From: the human T2T-CHM13v2.0 reference genome, Homo sapiens
NCBI RefSeq assembly: GCF_009914755.1
Contig: NC_060930.1
Length of the DNA: 64,000 nucleotides
Direction: 5' to 3' (one strand)
Position numbers and translations under genes: made by a program. Numbering within the stretch: position 1 is the first letter of the stretch; the number at the start of each line of letters is the position of its first letter. Of this stretch, positions 27,843 through 43,803 are shown in pieces. A model generated the notes under the pieces. That model saw nothing but the letters and a program-made list of their open reading frames with translations, searched no databases and was not told the DNA's origin.

Positions 27843-29298
27843 TTACTTATAATTTCAGATCTTTAAACATTTTCACATGAAAAATCTTGACCTAAAAGAA
27901 AAACTCAAATTCCATAAGCTTGCATTCAGGTCTTCCATAATTTGGCTCCGATGTACTTCTTCATTAAGAAATCATTTCTTTGAGATGAGAGAGTACCTGC
28001 AGAGTATGTGCAGATCTGAGCTAAATTCATGTGTAACCATGGAAACTCTAGGCATCGGTAAAGGAAGATATTACAGGATAGTGTGAAAAGCACGGAAGTG
28101 AGCATTAAGTTTTGTAACTTAACTAGTTTTGAAACCCTTAATGGTGTAACTTTGGTAGAGAAATATCATTTAGTCTTTTGGGGACTCAATTTCCTTTCTG
28201 TGTATAACTAAAGTAAAATGATCTCTTCGATTGCTCTTAGCCCTGAGTTTCTAGACTTTATGATTCCAGGCTGAGGACAACCATCCCTTCATAGGGCATC
28301 TCTCTTCCTGACCATAACTGAAAGGGAATAAGAAGTGACTTCCAAAGAAAAAGAGAGAATTTGGAGGTGGGGGTAAAAGATGAAGAGAAACAGGAGCCTG
28401 GGGTGTTTGAATTTGCATTCACCTATTATTTCCACTGTTCTCATTTTAGCTTTAGAGAACCTCTCTTGAACCACATCTAAGGACCCTGCTGAACACATAA
28501 CTTTCATACTGAAACATCTTCTATGTTGAAAGGGGAGGTTTTCTAGGAAAATGTTAGACTTCATTTTGAAACAAATGGAGTGGGGACATGGCAGCAGTAA
28601 TTGAAATAGAAATTCTTCAATTATCCTCCTCCAGATTCTGTAGACCTCCTTTTCCCTCAAAGGATCACATACGAATTTCATGCAACCTCTGGCAATATTC
28701 TGGCTGGAGACAAGTGTCTGTCATGGGCGACAAGAATGTAATCTCTAAATAATTCCATCCTGGGCCTCAACAGAGAAGAGTGTTTCCATGTGGTCGCCTT
28801 TCCGACGGACTAGATGAGCAGAGACCACCAAGCACATTTCAAGAAGGACATTAGATGCCCCTAGGGCCAGGAGCTCAGAAGTGAGTTATTAGAGTTTTGT
28901 TTACTATGCCCTCTGGATATGGTCCTAATTAGGTGGAACTGATAAGCTTGACAAATTTTGAACTATTGCTTTCTGTTTGCCAATAACAAAATATTACTGT
29001 GTAGGATGTTAGTTATTTTCCGCATCAAACCCTTTCTGTTTTCCTGAAGATATCATTGGTTTCCATTTCAATGCGCCTTTTGTTTAGAGGGAGAATAATG
29101 TCCTTTTTACCTTTTTTTAATTAAAGCACCTTGGTGACTAATGTACAATTTCTGTAGACTTGCCTCTGAACCCCAACCTCTATACTTCCTTCACTTCCGG
29201 GCTCCGTGATTTTACTTTCTCAGGTAGTAATTAGATCAAGCAGAGGACTCAGGCACAGAATACATCTTCCCAAATCTCATTAGCATTTCTTAGCTAAT

Positions 29299-29418
29299 AT
29301 TCCCTCCCTTCCTTCCTTCTTCCCTTTCTCTTTTCTTTTCCTTCCTTCCTTCCTTTCTTCCTCCCTCCCTCCCTCCCTTCCTTCCTTCTTTTTTTCTTTC
29401 CCTCTCTTTTTTCTTTCT
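29299..29418. repeat. Polypyrimidine (CCTT/CCCT)n low-complexity tract
   Basis: ~120 nt of C/T only. Confidence 0.9.
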
Positions 29419-31095
29419 AACTGTGACTTATGCAGACCCTACTGTCAAGGATATACCTATAAACATTAGATTCCTATTTTTAACTGGTGGGAAGCTGTAT
29501 GGAGAGTATTTTTAGAAACCCCAAACAACCAGCAGTAATAGCAACAACAGAAAAACATAGAAAGCACACATGTATTTACGCTGATGAAGCAATTACATAC
29601 ATAGGTTTATATACGTGCTTAAACAGCTATGACATGTTGGAATATTTTCTTAGTGATGTCCTCAAACCATAATTATATATCAATGAAATATTTAGTCAAG
29701 TTTTATCAGGCCCAGGAATAATTATTTTACAATTCTTTTTGGAATGCAAACTTAGAAGTCTAAGAGTTAAAGTAATTATCCCAGAGTTGAAATAATTGGA
29801 ATGCAGAAGGATGTTTTCCAGGGTGGTGTTTATAATAGATTTAAGTCTGGTTTAGTCGCCGTACTCCAGAAAGATATCCTTCTGCTAACTCCCTCATTCA
29901 AAAATATCTAGGAAGAATATTCCAGCTAATCAGATCTAGGAACTGAACCAGCTCACTGAGAGGTAAAGGGAAACACCTGCATGTTAGAAACGCACAGCAA
30001 ATGAGGCTGCCCAGAATATATGCTGGAAGAAGGAAAATAGCAACTACTCAAGCGCGTTACCCTCGGAACAGAAGAATGTGAATGATAGGCTGCAATGCTC
30101 TTTAATTTTATGCAGGAAGATCATTTCTAGGAAGTGGCTATTTTGAAAGGTGTACTTGAAACATTTTTGAAAGACTTTCTTCCTTTTGGAATTCATACCA
30201 GAAATCTGACTTCTCTACAGCCTTTAATGTCAGGATGTTTTCTGTGGCTATCGCTGCATCTTCTGGCTGGTCCACTTTAAGGGAAGTAGAAGAGAAGGTT
30301 GAGGTAGAGAATGTGTAGGGAGAAAATAAAACTAAGGGTTAGAAATGGCAAATATGTGGGTAAATATAAGACAGTATAAATTTATTCTTCTCATTTCTTC
30401 TCTTAAGTTCTTTAAAAGATATTTAAAGTTGCATAAATAATTATAACATTGCATCGTTGAGTTTATGATGTATACATGTAATAAGTGACAATTATAGCAC
30501 AAAGGAGGAGGGAGAGAATTGAGCTATACTGAAGCAAAGTTGGTATATTTTACCGGAATTAAGTTAGAATTAAACTAAAATTGATTGTTATAAGTTAAGA
30601 TGCATATAATAATTTCTAAAACATCATTAAGAAAATAACTTTAAAAAATTGAAATAAAAAAGGAATTAAAATGGCACACCAGAAAAAATTTATTTAACAC
30701 AAATGAAAGTAGTAAAGGAGGATCAAAGGAACAAAAAAGACTTGCGATCTATTGAAAACAAATAGCAAAATGACCAATGTAAATCCACCCGTCAAAAATT
30801 ATATTAAATGAGAATGGACTAAATACTTCAATCAAAAGGCAGAGGCTATATTAATATCAGAAAAAACATACTTTCAGTAGAAATCATTACTAGAGACCCA
30901 GAAATTCTACTTGTAAGTATATATCCAAAGGAATTAAAATCAGTATGCCAAAGAGATTCTCATATTAATTGCAGCATTATTCAGAATAATTAAGATATGG
31001 AAGCAACCTTGGTGTCCATCATCAGATAAATAGATTTTAAAAATGTGATATGTATACGAATTGAATATATTCAGCCCTGAAGAAGAAGAAAATTC

Positions 31096-31442
<347 letters not shown>

Positions 31443-31541
31443 TTATGCTAAGTGAAATAAACAAGTCATACAAAGGCAAATACTGTATGATCTCACATGT
31501 AGAATCTAAAAAAAGGTGAACTCATAGAAGTAAAGGGTAGA

Positions 31542-31850
31542 GGCCGGGCGCGGTGGCTCACACCTGTAGTCCCAGCACTTTGGGAGGCCGAGGCGGGTGG
31601 ATCACGAGGTCAGGAGATCGAGACCATCCTGGCTAACATGGTGAAACCCCGTCTCTACTAAAAATACAAAAAATTAGCCGGGCGAGGTGGCGGGCGGGCG
31701 CCTGTAGTCCCAGCTACTCAGGAGGCTGAGGCAGGAGAATGGCGTGAACTCGGGAGGTGGAGCTTGCAGTGAGCCGAGATAGGGCCACTGCAGTCCAGCC
31801 TGGGTGAAAGAGCAAGACTCTGTCTCAAAAAAAAAAAAAAAAAAGGAAAA
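31542..31850 (+). mobile_element. AluY
   Basis: ggccgggcgcggtggctca start, CpG-rich; TSD aaagggtaga / aaagagtaga. Confidence 0.95.
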
Positions 31851-32691
31851 AAAGAGTAGAATGGTGGTTACTACAGGTTAGGGGAGGGGAGTGAATGGGG
31901 AAAGAGATGTTGGTCAAAGAGTACAAAGTTTTGGTTAGACAAGAGGAGTAAGCTTTAGTGATCTATTGCACAGAATGGTGACTATAACAAAAAATAATGC
32001 ATCAATATTTCAAAATTACTAAAAGAGTAGATTTTAAATGTTTTCGCCTAAAAAAAGTATGTGAGGTGATGGATATGTTAATTAGCTTGATTTAATCACA
32101 ATGTAAACAGATATCAAAACATTACATTGCTATCCCAAAATATATACCATTATTATTTGTCAATTAAAAATAAAACTTAAAAAATATTGCTAGAGACAAA
32201 GAGCAGTACTTAGAGAGAAATTTATAGCTTTAAACACCTATATTAGAAAAGACCTCAAATCAGTCATCTAAACTTTCACTATAAACTACATAAAGAAGAG
32301 GAAATTAAGCCCAAAGCAAGCAGAAAGAAGGAAAGAAGAAAGATAGGTAAGAAATAATGAAATAGGAAGTAAAAGCACAGTAGAGAAGGGCAATGAAACC
32401 AAAGCTAGTTATTTGAATAAATCAAGACAATTAATAAACTTTTAGCTGAACTGGCTAAGATAAAAAGAGAAAAGACACAAATCATCAAAATCAGAAATTA
32501 AAGCAGATATATTATTACTTATCTTACAGAAAAGAAAAGACTTACAAGGGAATGTGCTATAATTTTATGCCAATAAATTAGACAACTTAGATGAGAAGGA
32601 CAAACTGCTATAGAGGCATTAATTTCCAAAATTAACTCAAGTAAAAATAGGACATTTGAATAGAAGTATAACAAGCAAAAAGATTGAAATA

Positions 32692-33013
32692 CAGGTTGAG
32701 TATTCCTTATTCAAAATACTTGGGACCAGAAGTGATTCAGATTTTTTTTTAAATTTTGGAATATTTGCACATACATAATGAGATATCCTGGGGATGGGAC
32801 CCAAGTCCAAACATGAAATTCATCATGTTTCATATACACCTTATACACATAGCTTGGAGGTAATTTTATACAGTATTTTAAATAATATATGTGACTCATC
32901 ACATGAGTTCAGGCATGAAATTTTCCACTGGTGACATCAGGTTGGTGCTCAAGATGTTTCCGATTTTGGAGCATTTCAGATTTTGGGTTTTCAGATTAGG
33001 ATTGCTCAACCTG
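32692..33013. mobile_element. Tigger4b / MER46-type TcMar MITE
   Basis: TIRs caggttgag...ctcaacctg; TA duplication at 32690-91 and 33014-15; ttgggaccagaagtg. Confidence 0.88.
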
Positions 33014-34807
33014 TAGTAGCTAAAAACCTTTCAGCAAAGAAAATCCCAATTCCAAATGTATTTACTGGTAAATTCTACCAACTATTTAAACAAGAAATAA
33101 TACAAATTTTAGACAAATTCTTCCAGAAAATAGAGGAGAAGAACACTTCCTAACTCATTCTGAAGCTGGTATTACCCTGATACCAAAGCTAAGTAAATCA
33201 TCACAAGAAAAGAAAACAACAGGCCGATACTCCTCATGAATATATATGCAAAAATGTTTCAAAAATTTAGCAAACTGAACTTAGCTGAATCTATAAAGAA
33301 ATGGAATTTATAAAGAAACATAATACATCATGACCAAATGGGATTTATTACAGGAAAGCAAGGTTGGTTTAACATCCAAAAATAAATTAATGTAACATAA
33401 CATATTTATAATAAAGGCAAAACCCACATGCTTAATTAATGATAATCTTGTGAAATGCAGAAAAAAAAATTTTTGACAAAATCCAACACTCATTCATTAT
33501 GAAAGCTCACAGTAAACAAGGAATAAAAAGGGGATTCTTCAACTTGATAAAGGGCATATATGAAAAATCTGGAACTAACATAATACTTAATAGTGAACTG
33601 AATGCTTTCACCATTCCTAGACTACATCACACTGGAATTTTAGCTAGTTAAATAAAGTAAAAAGAAATTAAAGACATCTAGATTGGAAAGTAAGAAGTAT
33701 ACTTTTCTATACTTAAGAAATATACTTATACTTATGTTGTCTGCTTTTGTTTGCAGACAACATAATCCTACATGTAGAAAACTCTACTAAAGAATCTACC
33801 AGAAAGAATCTCTGGTAAAGAGCTACCAGAACTAATAATGTTTAACAATGTTCCTAGATAAAATATCACTATACACAAATCAATTATTTTTCTATAATTG
33901 CAACAAAAATCCAAAAATGAAACTGGGAAACAATTCTATTCATAGTAGTTTCCAAAAGAAGATGTTACTTAGAAAAAAATTAACAAAAAAAGCATGTCTT
34001 TTACACTGAAAATTAAAGACATTATTGACAGAAATGTAAGATCTAAACAAATGGAGACACATTCCATGTTCATTTATTGGAACACTCAATTGTTAAGATG
34101 ACAATGCTCCCTAAGTTGATCTATAGATTCAACACCCTCCTGTCAAAATCTCATCGGGCTTTTTTTGTAGGAACTGGCAAACTGATCTTAAAGTGTATAT
34201 GAAAATGCAAAGGACCTAAAATTGTCAAAACAATGTTTTAAAAGAAGAGCCAAGTTGAATAACTTAACCCAATTTTCATTTTTACTATAAAGGCACAGCA
34301 GCTAAGACTGTAGGATTAGCATAGGATTAACATATAGATTAATGGAACTTAGAGTACAGAATGGAATGTAGAATACAGAAACAAATTCTTACATTTATGA
34401 TCTACTGATTTCAGATCATAGTGCAAAGCCAGTTCAGTGAGAGAAAGAACAATCTTTTCAATTTGAACAATTGCCAATTTCCTTCATAGGAAAAAAAATA
34501 ACAGCAAACCTCCACCTAAACCTTACACCATATGCAAAAATCAACTCCAAATGGATCATAGACTTAAATGAAAGAGCTAACATTCTAAAATTTTGAGATG
34601 AAAACTAAGAAGAAAATGTTTGTGACTTTGGGTTAGCCAACGGTTTCTTAAAGAGACACCAAAGTCACAATCAATTTAAAAAAATAATAATTTGGGCTTC
34701 ATCAAAATTAAAAACCTTTGCTCTTCAAAAGACCCAATTAAGAAAATAAAAAGACAAACCACGGAATGAGAAAATATTTGCAAATCTGATCTGATAATTT
34801 ATACTCA

Positions 34808-34834
34808 GTCTCTCTCTCTCTCTCTCTCTCTCTC
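34808..34834. repeat. (TC)n microsatellite inside L1
   Basis: tctctctctctctctctctctctctc. Confidence 0.9.
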
Positions 34835-35669
34835 ATTGCAAATCCTGTATTTGCCTATATTTGTATATCTGATAGAGGGCTTTTATCTAGAACATATTTT
34901 TTAAAACTCTCTTACAACACAATAAGAAGACAACAACCCTAGAAAGTTGGCAGAAAATTTAAATGGTCATTTCACTAAAGAAGATATACTAATAGCTAAC
35001 AAGTAATTAGAAAATTTGACAATAGTGTGTCGGTGAGGATGCATAGACACTGGAAAGTTGATACACTGGCGGGTATGTAAAACGGTACAGCCACTTGTGA
35101 AAATAATTTGACATTTTCTTTAAAGGTTAAACATAGGCTTGACATACAACTCAGTGATTATACCCTAGAGTACTTATTTACCAAAGAGAAATGAAAACAT
35201 ATGTTCACACAAAGACTTGAATGTGAATGTTCATAACATCATTATTTATAATAACTCCAAACTGAAAACATCCCAAATGTTCATCAACTGGGACAGATAA
35301 AATGGATGGCTAGACAAAATGTCATATATGAATACAATGAAATCTTATTTGGCAATTTACAAATTTTTAAATTCCTTTTTTTAAATTCAGCTATTTAAAA
35401 AATGAACTATTGATACACATTACATGAACCTTAAAAACATTATGCTAAGTAAAAAAAGGCAATCAGGAAAGACATGATTCAATTTATGTGAGATGTCCAG
35501 AAAAGGCAATTCCATAGAGATAGAAAACATGCCAGTGTTTGCCTGCAACTGGTATAGGGAATGAAGATTGACTGCAACTAGGCACTGCAAAACTTCTTGG
35601 AAATATTCTAGAATTGGGTCATGGTGGTGGTGTAATAATTACACACCTACATAAATTTACCAAAAATAA

Positions 35670-36049
<380 letters not shown>

Positions 36050-36984
36050 TTAATACAGGTATTTTTAAAAAACGTTTTCAGGTTAGATATTCATTGAGGA
36101 AGATCAAGACATTTTCTATTCCCCTTTGTCTCTTGGCTGGTTTTTTCAATGCTGGACATAGCTGAACTTTATTCTGGTGTCAGCACAGCCCTCACACTGC
36201 AGTAAGTGGTATTACTGGCAAACAGTGTTTCAAAGTGTATTGCGTAATTGGGTAATTGGTACAGATGCTGATGCAATGTATTTAATTCTAACAGTAAGTT
36301 TTCTTGCAGAATATTTATCACCTACTCCCAATATTTTATGTTTCACTGTTGGCTTTTATAAATGACCTTTTGCAATTTTGTAGGAGAATATATTTAGTGG
36401 ACCATAGGAGACTCAGCACTATAGACTGGAACTATTATCTTGCTTTTTTTCTGATGTGGTTGAAACCATTATGGGCTAGCTAGGAAAAGATGTGTTGTCA
36501 GAAACAAAAGTAATTGGTCTTTCTCTATGACTTTTTAATGGGATCTTGCATTAATATATATTAATGTATCCAAATTGGTGTCATTTTTTAAGCAGCAGAA
36601 GTTTAGAAACCAAACCAAAGGAATACTATCACTTTCTTTATGTTTTATAAAAGTGAAACCAGAGTGGTTGATTATATTGTGGCTAGTTTGCGTGTATTAT
36701 AATTACATTTTGTTTGACTGATAACCTCAAGAATAATGAAATTCTAGGAGCATTGCATTAGAATTTTGACAATGTCTCTAGTGCATGAAATATATACATA
36801 AATCTCTGCCTTGCCCCACCATCATCCAATGCATACAAATATATATTATGATATAAAATCACAAGTCTGATTTTTTAAAAATATGCATGTTAGAAATTAT
36901 ATCCCAAGGACCTCTGCCAACTCATCACGTTCTGAGACTATAATCTTATTAAAACAATGTTGCTCAAATGTTTCTGTAGCTTAA

Positions 36985-37282
<298 letters not shown>

Positions 37283-37442
37283 TCAGATTTTTTTAAGTTG
37301 TAAAACTGAAATATCTTTGCCCTTTAAAGTTAACTTGATGTTTGGAAACAACTGAGATTCCTTCAGGGCCAAACTGATGATTAAGAGAGTTTATCAGGCT
37401 GGAGAATATAATTTTAAACTATAAACAGAATATCCCTTTTAA

Positions 37443-37786
<344 letters not shown>

Positions 37787-38119
37787 TACAAACTGTTTTA
37801 AGGAATGGCAGTATTTATAGATATCAGAGCACTGAGTTTTCTTCTTTTTGAAATGGAGATGGATTTTCAATTGATGTTAAATGGTGGAAATCTTTTAGTT
37901 TAGTAGTTAATTACCATGTAAGTCTTGGCGATCATAAAAATCATATAGTCAAACTGAATTGGAATTCACACAATGTGATGATTTTTCAGAATTCTTGGGG
38001 AGCTGGAGAGGATCAGAGCTCTCCGTCCACATGGGGATGAAGTTCTGGCTTCTCTTCCTTTAGGTCTATCTTCTATTTCTCCTCAAGGATGATATAGATA
38101 TATATTTAATTACATGGAT

Positions 38120-38660
38120 TTTATATATATATATATATAAAAAATAATTTCAACTTTGATTTTAGGTTCAGGGGATACATGTGCAGGTTTGTTACATGGG
38201 TATGTTGTGCGACCCTGAGGTTTGGGATATGAATGATCCCGTCACCCAGGTAGTGGGCACAATACCCAATAGGTAGTTTTTCAGCCCTTGTCCCCTACCT
38301 CTCTCCCCAACTAGGAGTCCCCAGCATCTATTGTTCTCATCTTTATGTCCATCTGTACCCATTGTTTAGCTCCCACTTATACGTGAGAGCATGCAGTCTT
38401 TGGTTTTCTGTTTTGGGGTTAGTTTGCTTGGGATAATGGTCTCCAGTGGCATTCATGTTGCTGCAAAGGACATGAGCTACCACCCGACCCAGAAATGTCA
38501 TGATTGCATATATACCAAAAGGAATATAAACTGTTCTACCAAAAAGACATATACAGTCGTTCATTCATCTCAGCACGATTCACAATAGTAAAGACACAGA
38601 ATCAACCTAGGTGTGACCGTCAATGATGAGTTTGACAAAAAAAAATGTGGTACATACACC
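38120..38660 (-). mobile_element. Older L1PA 3' end with 5' inversion; (TA)n at the tail
   Basis: Reverse 3' UTR to ~38475 (ttcaggggatacatgtgcaggtttgttacatggg...ctgcaaaggacatga), then a sense-oriented upstream L1 segment to 38660. Confidence 0.88.
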
Positions 38661-39235
38661 GTTCACCTCTTTTCAATGTTGACTGTGGCTATGCCTTTTA
38701 AGGTTTGGTGTTGTCAGCTGAGAGGTGTGTTTATCTAAGACAGCAACGTCTGGGAGGTCCGAATGAGCAGGACAAACTGCGATTACTGCCACATCTCAGA
38801 TTCCAGATGCTTTAAAGGCTTCTGAAGTCCCCATGTGGGCTGTATTGATTTAGCAAGATTTCCAAACATTTTCTCAACTTTATTAGGGTTTTGCAAGTAC
38901 ATTACTTTCATTTGTTTTCACAAATACGACATGCAACGTAAGAAACGCTCTTGTGACTTCTCTTCAAATAGTGCCTCTCTTAACTTCCTCTGAGTTACTT
39001 ATTGCAATGCTAAATGACTGCAGCATTCTGCAGACAGCAGAGACCCGAAGAAGAGTGAGCTTTTCTCTTGGCCCACACAGATTTTATGCAGGGAACGTGC
39101 AGATATATGTACCAACATGCAGACACACTACTACTTGGGGGCTGAGCTATAGGATGCTGACAGCAAGGCTCCAAACCAGAGAATCTGTCCTCAGTTACCA
39201 GAAAGCAAATCAAAAGCTATCAGAAACGCTTCTGA

Positions 39236-39733
<498 letters not shown>

Positions 39734-41313
39734 TGAGGACGTAATTACTATACATGTAATGTATCATCTATGTGGTACCTACTGTTTGCTGTTTGGACAT
39801 ACATGAAAATTATATATATCGCTTGATTGTATGGTGAAAAGCTTCCTAGTTCTGGTTTTTAATTTTAAAATAGGTGAGCTAAATATTTTCTATTTCCCAC
39901 TCTCTCAAAAGCCTGTTTCCCCATTTTGCTTTGATTTTAATTTGTATGCAAGTCTTCCTATTTTTTTTTCTTTCTAAGAATCAATGCCCCTGCCCTCTCC
40001 CCGCTGCCTTTCAGCTTCCAGTCTGAGCGGGAGGAGGGGGCACATTGAGATGAATGTGCAGAGGGTGCATCTGGGGAGCAGGGAAACTGGGTCACAAAGA
40101 GCAGGGTCCTTTCACCTTTGCACTTTTCCCAGCTTGGGCTTTGGACCAAAAGCTTTATTGAAAACAGAAGCTGCATTTTTCCCCGACAAATTTCGAAAGC
40201 GATCTTTCCGCTTTACTGAGGTGCTTTGCTGTCAGCCACACTCATTTTTCAGGGGCAGCCTGAGTTGCTAGCTCAGGGCACGGTGCCGGGGAGCCTTCCC
40301 CGAGCTGTACTCAGTCTCTCTTGTCACTGCAAATGAACCAGAAAATTCTCTGAAGCGACGGGACCCAGCAGATAGAGGCTTGATTTCTTTTGTGTGCCCA
40401 TGTGTGCTATGCATAAGAAATCATTATCTTTCCTTAGACTGAGGTCATTTTCTACCCTCTTTTACTACGGAGCTATCAATTTAATTATTTGGTCACTGCT
40501 GCTTTAATTAAAAAGCCTTTACTTATCTTTAGAGGTTTCCTCTTTAAATTTCTAGAGATTAGGATTATCCACAGCATGTCATCTCTTTTTATGTCCATAT
40601 ACTATATGGTTTCTATAATAATATAAAAATGAATTACCAAGATACTAGAAGCTAATCATATTCTTCATTTCTCTCCTAATAATCCCAGATTACATTAATC
40701 ATAAATGTCAGCAGCGTCTCTAGATGACTTCTTGACTTTTGACAAAAAGCCTTCATTTTGGCCCTTTAAATTCCAAGGTCAAGGAGAATGTAACATTCAG
40801 AATAATTATTAGCATTATTTTACCTTGACATTTCATCCCTGCTTCCAGTTTAACATTCCACCCAGGCAAGGAAGACGAACGTCACCTTTCGTTCAATTCA
40901 CTGGAGGGAATTGCCCCAATTAAACCTGACTTAGAGGCTGTTGGAAACGCTGTATTAATTTGCTGCTCTTCTTTAAAATAGAAAATATTTCATGAAGGAG
41001 AAGAATTTTCATTAAAAGCATTAAGGATTTACCATGACATGAACAAGCAATTTTTGAACTGACTTTTTTCTCCCTGGGCTAGAATAATAATCAACCGTCT
41101 GCCTCGGCCGGGCCATGGTCTCGCTGTCGGTGGCCCTTCCATCGGGACGAGCCTCCTTATTTTCCTTTTAGCTCAAAGGTCATCGTTACAGTTTTGTCAC
41201 ATCAAAAACGATTAGAAGTGTCTTTTAGAAATCTTGGCCTTTCCATGTCACAGGGCCTCCTGCAGATACAACCTTTTGATTACACCTTCTTCCCCTGCAA
41301 TCTCCACACACAC

Positions 41314-41608
41314 TTCTTTTTTTTTTAAGACAGGATCTTACTCTGTCACCCAGGCTGGAGTGCAGTGATGTGATCACAGCTCACTGCAGCCTCAAACTTC
41401 TGGGCTCAAGCCATCCTCCCGCCTTGCCTCCTGAAGTACCTGGGAATACAGGCCCATGCCACCATGCCTGGGTAACTTTTGTTATTTTTTATAGGGTTGG
41501 GATTTCACTATGTTGCCAGGCTGATCTTGAACCCCTGGGCTCAAGCAAGCCTCCTGCCTCGGCCTCCCAAAGTACTGGGATTGCAGGCATGAGCCACTGT
41601 GCCCGGCC
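41314..41608 (-). mobile_element. AluJ
   Basis: J diagnostics; TSD ccacacacactt / ccacacacgctt. Confidence 0.92.
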
Positions 41609-41869
41609 CCCACACACGCTTTTAAAAACAATGTCAAGCTAAGCTTATGGGAGCACGTTCTAAAAATCCTCTAATCCTACATTTGCTATAGTATTTAGGA
41701 TGGGAATGGTGAGCTGCTTTCTAGAACACAGGAAGATGGAGACCTTATCAGACTTGTTCATTGTATCTCTGGCTCCTGAAACAGAAGCAGGTTGACACTC
41801 AATATATGTATTTCCTCATTGTTTAAGGAGTGATCAACAAATATTTTTTATGTGAATGTAAAGGGGCCA

Positions 41870-42100
41870 TAAAACACAGGGACTGAGATTGTGGGCCCTG
41901 GAATCAAACAGGCTGGGATTTGATCTCAGTTTTGCCAACTACGGGCTTTGTGTTATTGGCAAGTTATCTTACCTTTTTACACCTGTTTCTTTGTCTTTAA
42001 CATGGGGGTTATAGTACTGATGTCACTGGGTTGTTGCAAGGACTAGATGAGATAATGCATGTAAGTAAAGTGCTTTGTTCTGGGCCTGACAACTGTTAAG
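41870..42100 (+). mobile_element. MIR
   Basis: ctggaatcaaacaggctgggatttga...ggcaagtta...aacatggggg...gatgagataatgcatgtaag. Confidence 0.8.
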
Positions 42101-43081
42101 GCCTCTCCAACTAGTCAGAGATGGCTCAGGGCTAATCCCACCTCCCTACTCCCCTTCTGCCTTCTCCAGGTAGTTGCCCTTGGATGCAAGGAAAACTGTG
42201 AACACCCATGGCCCAGTTGGTTTGGGACCTCTACTAAATTGCAGTCATTCATTTTCCAAGTATCAGTTGTGAAGTTGTAGGAATTCAGCCTCCTCCCTAG
42301 AATTCTAAGGCAAAATTCCTCACCCAGTCCTTCTTGACAGAATGGAATTCCTATTCTGGCAACCACTCTTGGCTTATTCCAGGAGCAAGTTTGAACCTTG
42401 GATGCCTGTCTATTTGGACTGCATTTCCAGACCTAGCTCACCTGAGTCTCACCTACACCACGCCTTGCCTTTCCGCTGACCTTGGCAGTGTCCCCTCCAT
42501 TCACAACATTGTTGTCCTCTTTGCCTGTATTAACCTGCCTGATCTCCCAATTCCTGTGACTGGCGGCCTGACGTGGGATACATCCATTCCCCTGCAGTCT
42601 GGCCTGGCTCTTGGTTTCAACCCTTTATAGTTGTCCTTTCTTACTGCCACCTGCCTCTTGGCACTCTTTGATGTCTTTACCTGAACAAAATTAATGTCAC
42701 CTTGTATTTGAGCATGTCCTAATGTGGAGTGTTCTTTACAGCATGGAGCATTTCTTCCCTAATGCTATTTTCTCAGATAAATAAACAACCTGAAAAAAGC
42801 AGAGAATAAAATAGTCCTCGCCAAGGGCACTTAACAAATGTTGACATTTAGCTGTATTTGCTTCGTATTGTAAAAGAACTGAATGTAAAAAATACAGTTG
42901 AATCTCCTTTCCGGGTCTCTTCTTGATACCATTTCCCTCCTTTTCTCCCTCCTTGGAAGGAAGCTATATGCTAAAGTGGGCCTTTTTCTTCCCATTCACG
43001 TTTTTGTGCTCTCACTATGCATTTATATGTCTTCAGAATTTGTATATAATTTGAAATGTTACCTGTGATACTGTATGTATC

Positions 43082-43390
43082 TGTTATGGGTTGAATTGTA
43101 TCATTCTCTCCCCCAACCACAAATTCATATGTTGGATCCATATGTTCACAAATTCATATGTTGAAATCCTAACCCCCAGGGCATCAAAATATAAGCTTAT
43201 TTGGAAAAAGGACCATTGCAAATGTAATCAGGTAGGTTATGATGTGGTGATACTGGAATGGGGTGGGGGGGTCCCTGTGACTGGTATCCTTATATAAAGA
43301 ATGCCCCGTGAAGAGACAGAGATGTACAGAGGGAAGATGATGTGGAGACACAGGGAGAAGACAGCCTTTGATGAGCCAAGGAACGCCTGC
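43082..43390 (+). mobile_element. MaLR LTR, MLT1B/C-like, 3'-truncated
   Basis: tgttatgggttgaattgt...atatgttgaaatcctaaccccca...gtgactggtatccttat...gagccaaggaacgcc. Confidence 0.82.
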
Positions 43391-43803
43391 GAAGTTGCTT
43401 TCTTTTTCTCACAGTTATGCTTTCTAGATTTAGCCGTGTTGGGCGTAGCAGCCCACCACCCTCATTTTAAATAGCAAATGTAGGGTGAGAAGCTTTTTTT
43501 AAGAACGTACCTCAACAACACACACAGCTCTACTTTATGCTTTCATTCAGTAAAAATGCATTGAGCACCGGCGATGTGCCAGGCCCTGGGGGGGAGAGCA
43601 GAGAGGGCCAGTGAGCCAAGGGGAAAGCCTAGCTAGGAATTAGGAAGGTGACCAGGGGATTTGAACACCATGCCAGTGAGGAAGGGGAGAGGATAGTGTT
43701 TGATGGCATGAGCATCTAAGCTGGTAGCTTCCGGGGAGGAGGGAGGAACTATCGTTTGGAGGTGTCAGGATCTGCAGTTGCTGGGAAGCGAATTCCTTTA
43801 TTG

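Noticed and set aside
28289-28681. 130-aa minus-strand ORF
   Set aside because: No recognisable homology or exon structure.
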